This document shows, one piece after another, positions 62,190-64,000 of a stretch of 64,000 nucleotides of DNA (positions within the stretch are counted from its first letter, which is position 1; every line of letters begins with the position of its first letter). The notes below the pieces were generated by a model. It did no database searches. It worked only from the letters and a program-made list of their open reading frames with translations, and had not been told where the DNA came from. The translations under genes and the position numbers were made by a program. The stretch comes from an uncultured delta proteobacterium (GTDB lineage Bacteria; Desulfobacterota; Binatia; Binatales; Binataceae), in NCBI GenBank assembly GCA_963724765.1, contig CAVRVY010000002.1, forward strand, positions 480,001-544,000. Reading direction: 5' to 3'.

Positions 62190-64000
62190 TGATGTATCTC
62201 CCCTTGATGAACTTTTCCGTTGGTGTGGAACGGCGGGATGCCGTTCACACTCAGGATCGCGTCGGTCGGGCGTTTCGACATGACCGTGGAGTCTGTCGAG
62301 ATACTCGGCCCAGTCGTGCAATCCGCGCGCGCGAAGCCACTCGACGGTCCAGCGCTCTCCGTGCTGTTCGATCATCCGCCGCGCGGCGAGTATGTCGTCC
62401 TTCGATCCGGCGCCGATGAAGGCGAGCGCAGCGGGACCCAGCGAGAACTGGAACAGTCGGCGCCCCAGCGGTGAAACATAGTAGTAGTGCCGCTTTGGCG
62501 TGGCGTCAGCGATGATTTCGATCTGCCGGTCGGAGAGTCCGAATCGCCGGTACATCTCCCGTGTCGCGCTGTTTTTCGCCTCGGGGTTGGGCAGATAGAG
62601 CTTGGTCGGACAGGACTCGAGAATTACATCGCGATGAGGCGAATTGGCGATTTCGCTCAAGCTCTGGGTGGCGAGCACGACTGCCGCATTCTTTTTGCGC
62701 AGCGTACGCAGCCACTCCTCGATCTTCGGCTCCGAAGACGCTGTTGGTGAGCATGATCCACGCTTCATCGAGGATGATGAGCGTGGGCCTGACCGTCGAG
62801 GCGCTGATCGATGCGGTGAAACAGATAGGTCGCGACGGGCACCACAACCTTCGGCCCCATTGCCATGAGCGTTTCGAGCTCGAAGGTGACGAATCGCCCT
62901 TCGAGCATCACGTCATGGTCCGCGTCGAGGAAACGCCCGAGCGGTCCTGCGAGCGAGAAGGCGGCCAGTCCGTCGCGCACCACGTTGTCCTGGACTTGAG
63001 TGACGAGGTTGCTGATGGTGCGCTGCTCCGCCGGACCCTCCGCTACCAGCGTGAGGCCGCGCCACAACGCCTTGCGCTGATTGGGGACGAGCCGCACGCC
63101 CTGAAGTTCGAGCCAGTCTTCGAGCAAGGCCCTGCAGCTTCATGCGGTCGGTCTCATCGTCGATGCGGGCGAGCGGGCAAAGGGCACCTCCTCCTCTCCG
63201 AGGTCGAGGTGCTGCCCGCCCAGAGCCTTGGTGAGAACATAGGCGGAGTAGCCCTTGTCGAAGAAAAAGATTTGCCCGTCAGGGACCGCACGGAAGTTCG
63301 CCGCGATCGCGCCGAGCGCGACGCTCTTGCCGCTGCCGGTCGGACCGTAGATGCCGGTGTGGCCGGTGTCGCCGACGTGAAGATTGAGACGGAACGGCGT
63401 GCTGCCCGTGGTCGCGCCGTAGCACAGCGCCGGCGTGTCCTTCGGGTAGTAGGGGCAGGGGTTGGTCGCGAGGCCCGCCCAGATGCTCGTTAGCGGCAGA
63501 ATGTCCGCAAGGTTCTGCGTGTTGACCAGCGGACGGCGCACGTCGTACCAGCCGTGTCCGGGAAGCGATCCGAGCCAAGCCTCTACGGCGTTGATGGTCT
63601 CGATCCGCGGATCGAAGCCCATGTTCTGGCAGACCTTGAAGACTAGCTGGGCGTTTTCGTCGGCGACGTCGGCCCGGTCCTCGGTGATGATCACCTTTGG
63701 CGTGACGTAGCAATATCGGACCGCGCCGCCCTCGGCCTCGGTGATCGCCTCGTCCGCGTCGGCCGCCATCCTGAGCGCGTGCTGGTTCTGGAAGGCCGCT
63801 CCCGCGCCGGAGCCGAAATGTTCGCTGATGACGCCCCGAAGTCCGAGCCGCTTCTGGAACCAGTTGCGCCGGTATACCGTGAGCTGGCTGATCGCCGTCC
63901 GCGGCCCTACGGGAATCCCGCGCGTCGAGTAGCGATAAGATATCGGTAACTCGCTCAAGAACGCGGCCATCTCCGCATAGGAGAATGGAGGGAAGCCGGC
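62186..64000 (-). CDS. trbE: Conjugal ATPase TrbE (VirB4), partial, several frameshifts
   Basis: TPFRLNLHVGDTGH..GPTGSGKS, FDKGYS, LDEAW, WLRTLRKKN..ATQS. Confidence 0.93.

Larger units (their letters stand above)
21685..64000. mobile_element. Trb-type integrative conjugative element (continues beyond window)
   Basis: Integrase/xis next to a tRNA, ardC, ssb, trbE/J/L and defence cargo. Confidence 0.85.

Noticed and set aside
1-64000. CRISPR array, retron, DGR or rRNA
   Set aside because: I saw no regularly spaced repeats, cas genes, reverse transcriptase motifs or rRNA-like sequence

Overview
GC-rich bacterial DNA in two parts. Gene style suggests a soil Binatota/deltaproteobacterium-like host, which is an inference. 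(1) 1-21.6 kb is a chromosomal carbohydrate/energy/acid-stress cluster: zwf, a cytochrome b-molybdo-oxidoreductase, GT4, a Rieske-FAD reductase, a glycogen debranching enzyme, a GH144-like hydrolase, phosphoketolase, two P3A-type H+-ATPases and PPK2. It ends at tRNA-Arg(CCT). (2) 21.7-64 kb is the left part of a Trb-type integrative conjugative element (ICE) that abuts the 5' end of that tRNA. It carries int-HTH-xis with an apparent sigma54 promoter and a divergent sensor-less bEBP, a PRTase/SLOG-HTH/Schlafen defence hotspot and ardC-ssb. Next is an IS110 whose probable far end lies 11 kb away, enclosing gene-fragment mosaics and a Rieske dioxygenase/meta-cleavage operon. Then come HigBA between duplicated SRAP sequences, an IS630-disrupted RloC-like ATPase, a type III R-M system, an ASCH + glycosylase-like pair, HEPN and NucS-like nucleases, and trbL-K-J-E. 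Many single-base frameshifts are most simply explained as long-read indel errors. The best novelty candidates are the sigma54-controlled excision module, the putative cargo-carrying IS110 and the ASCH/glycosylase-like defence pair. All family calls come from motif recognition, not database searches.
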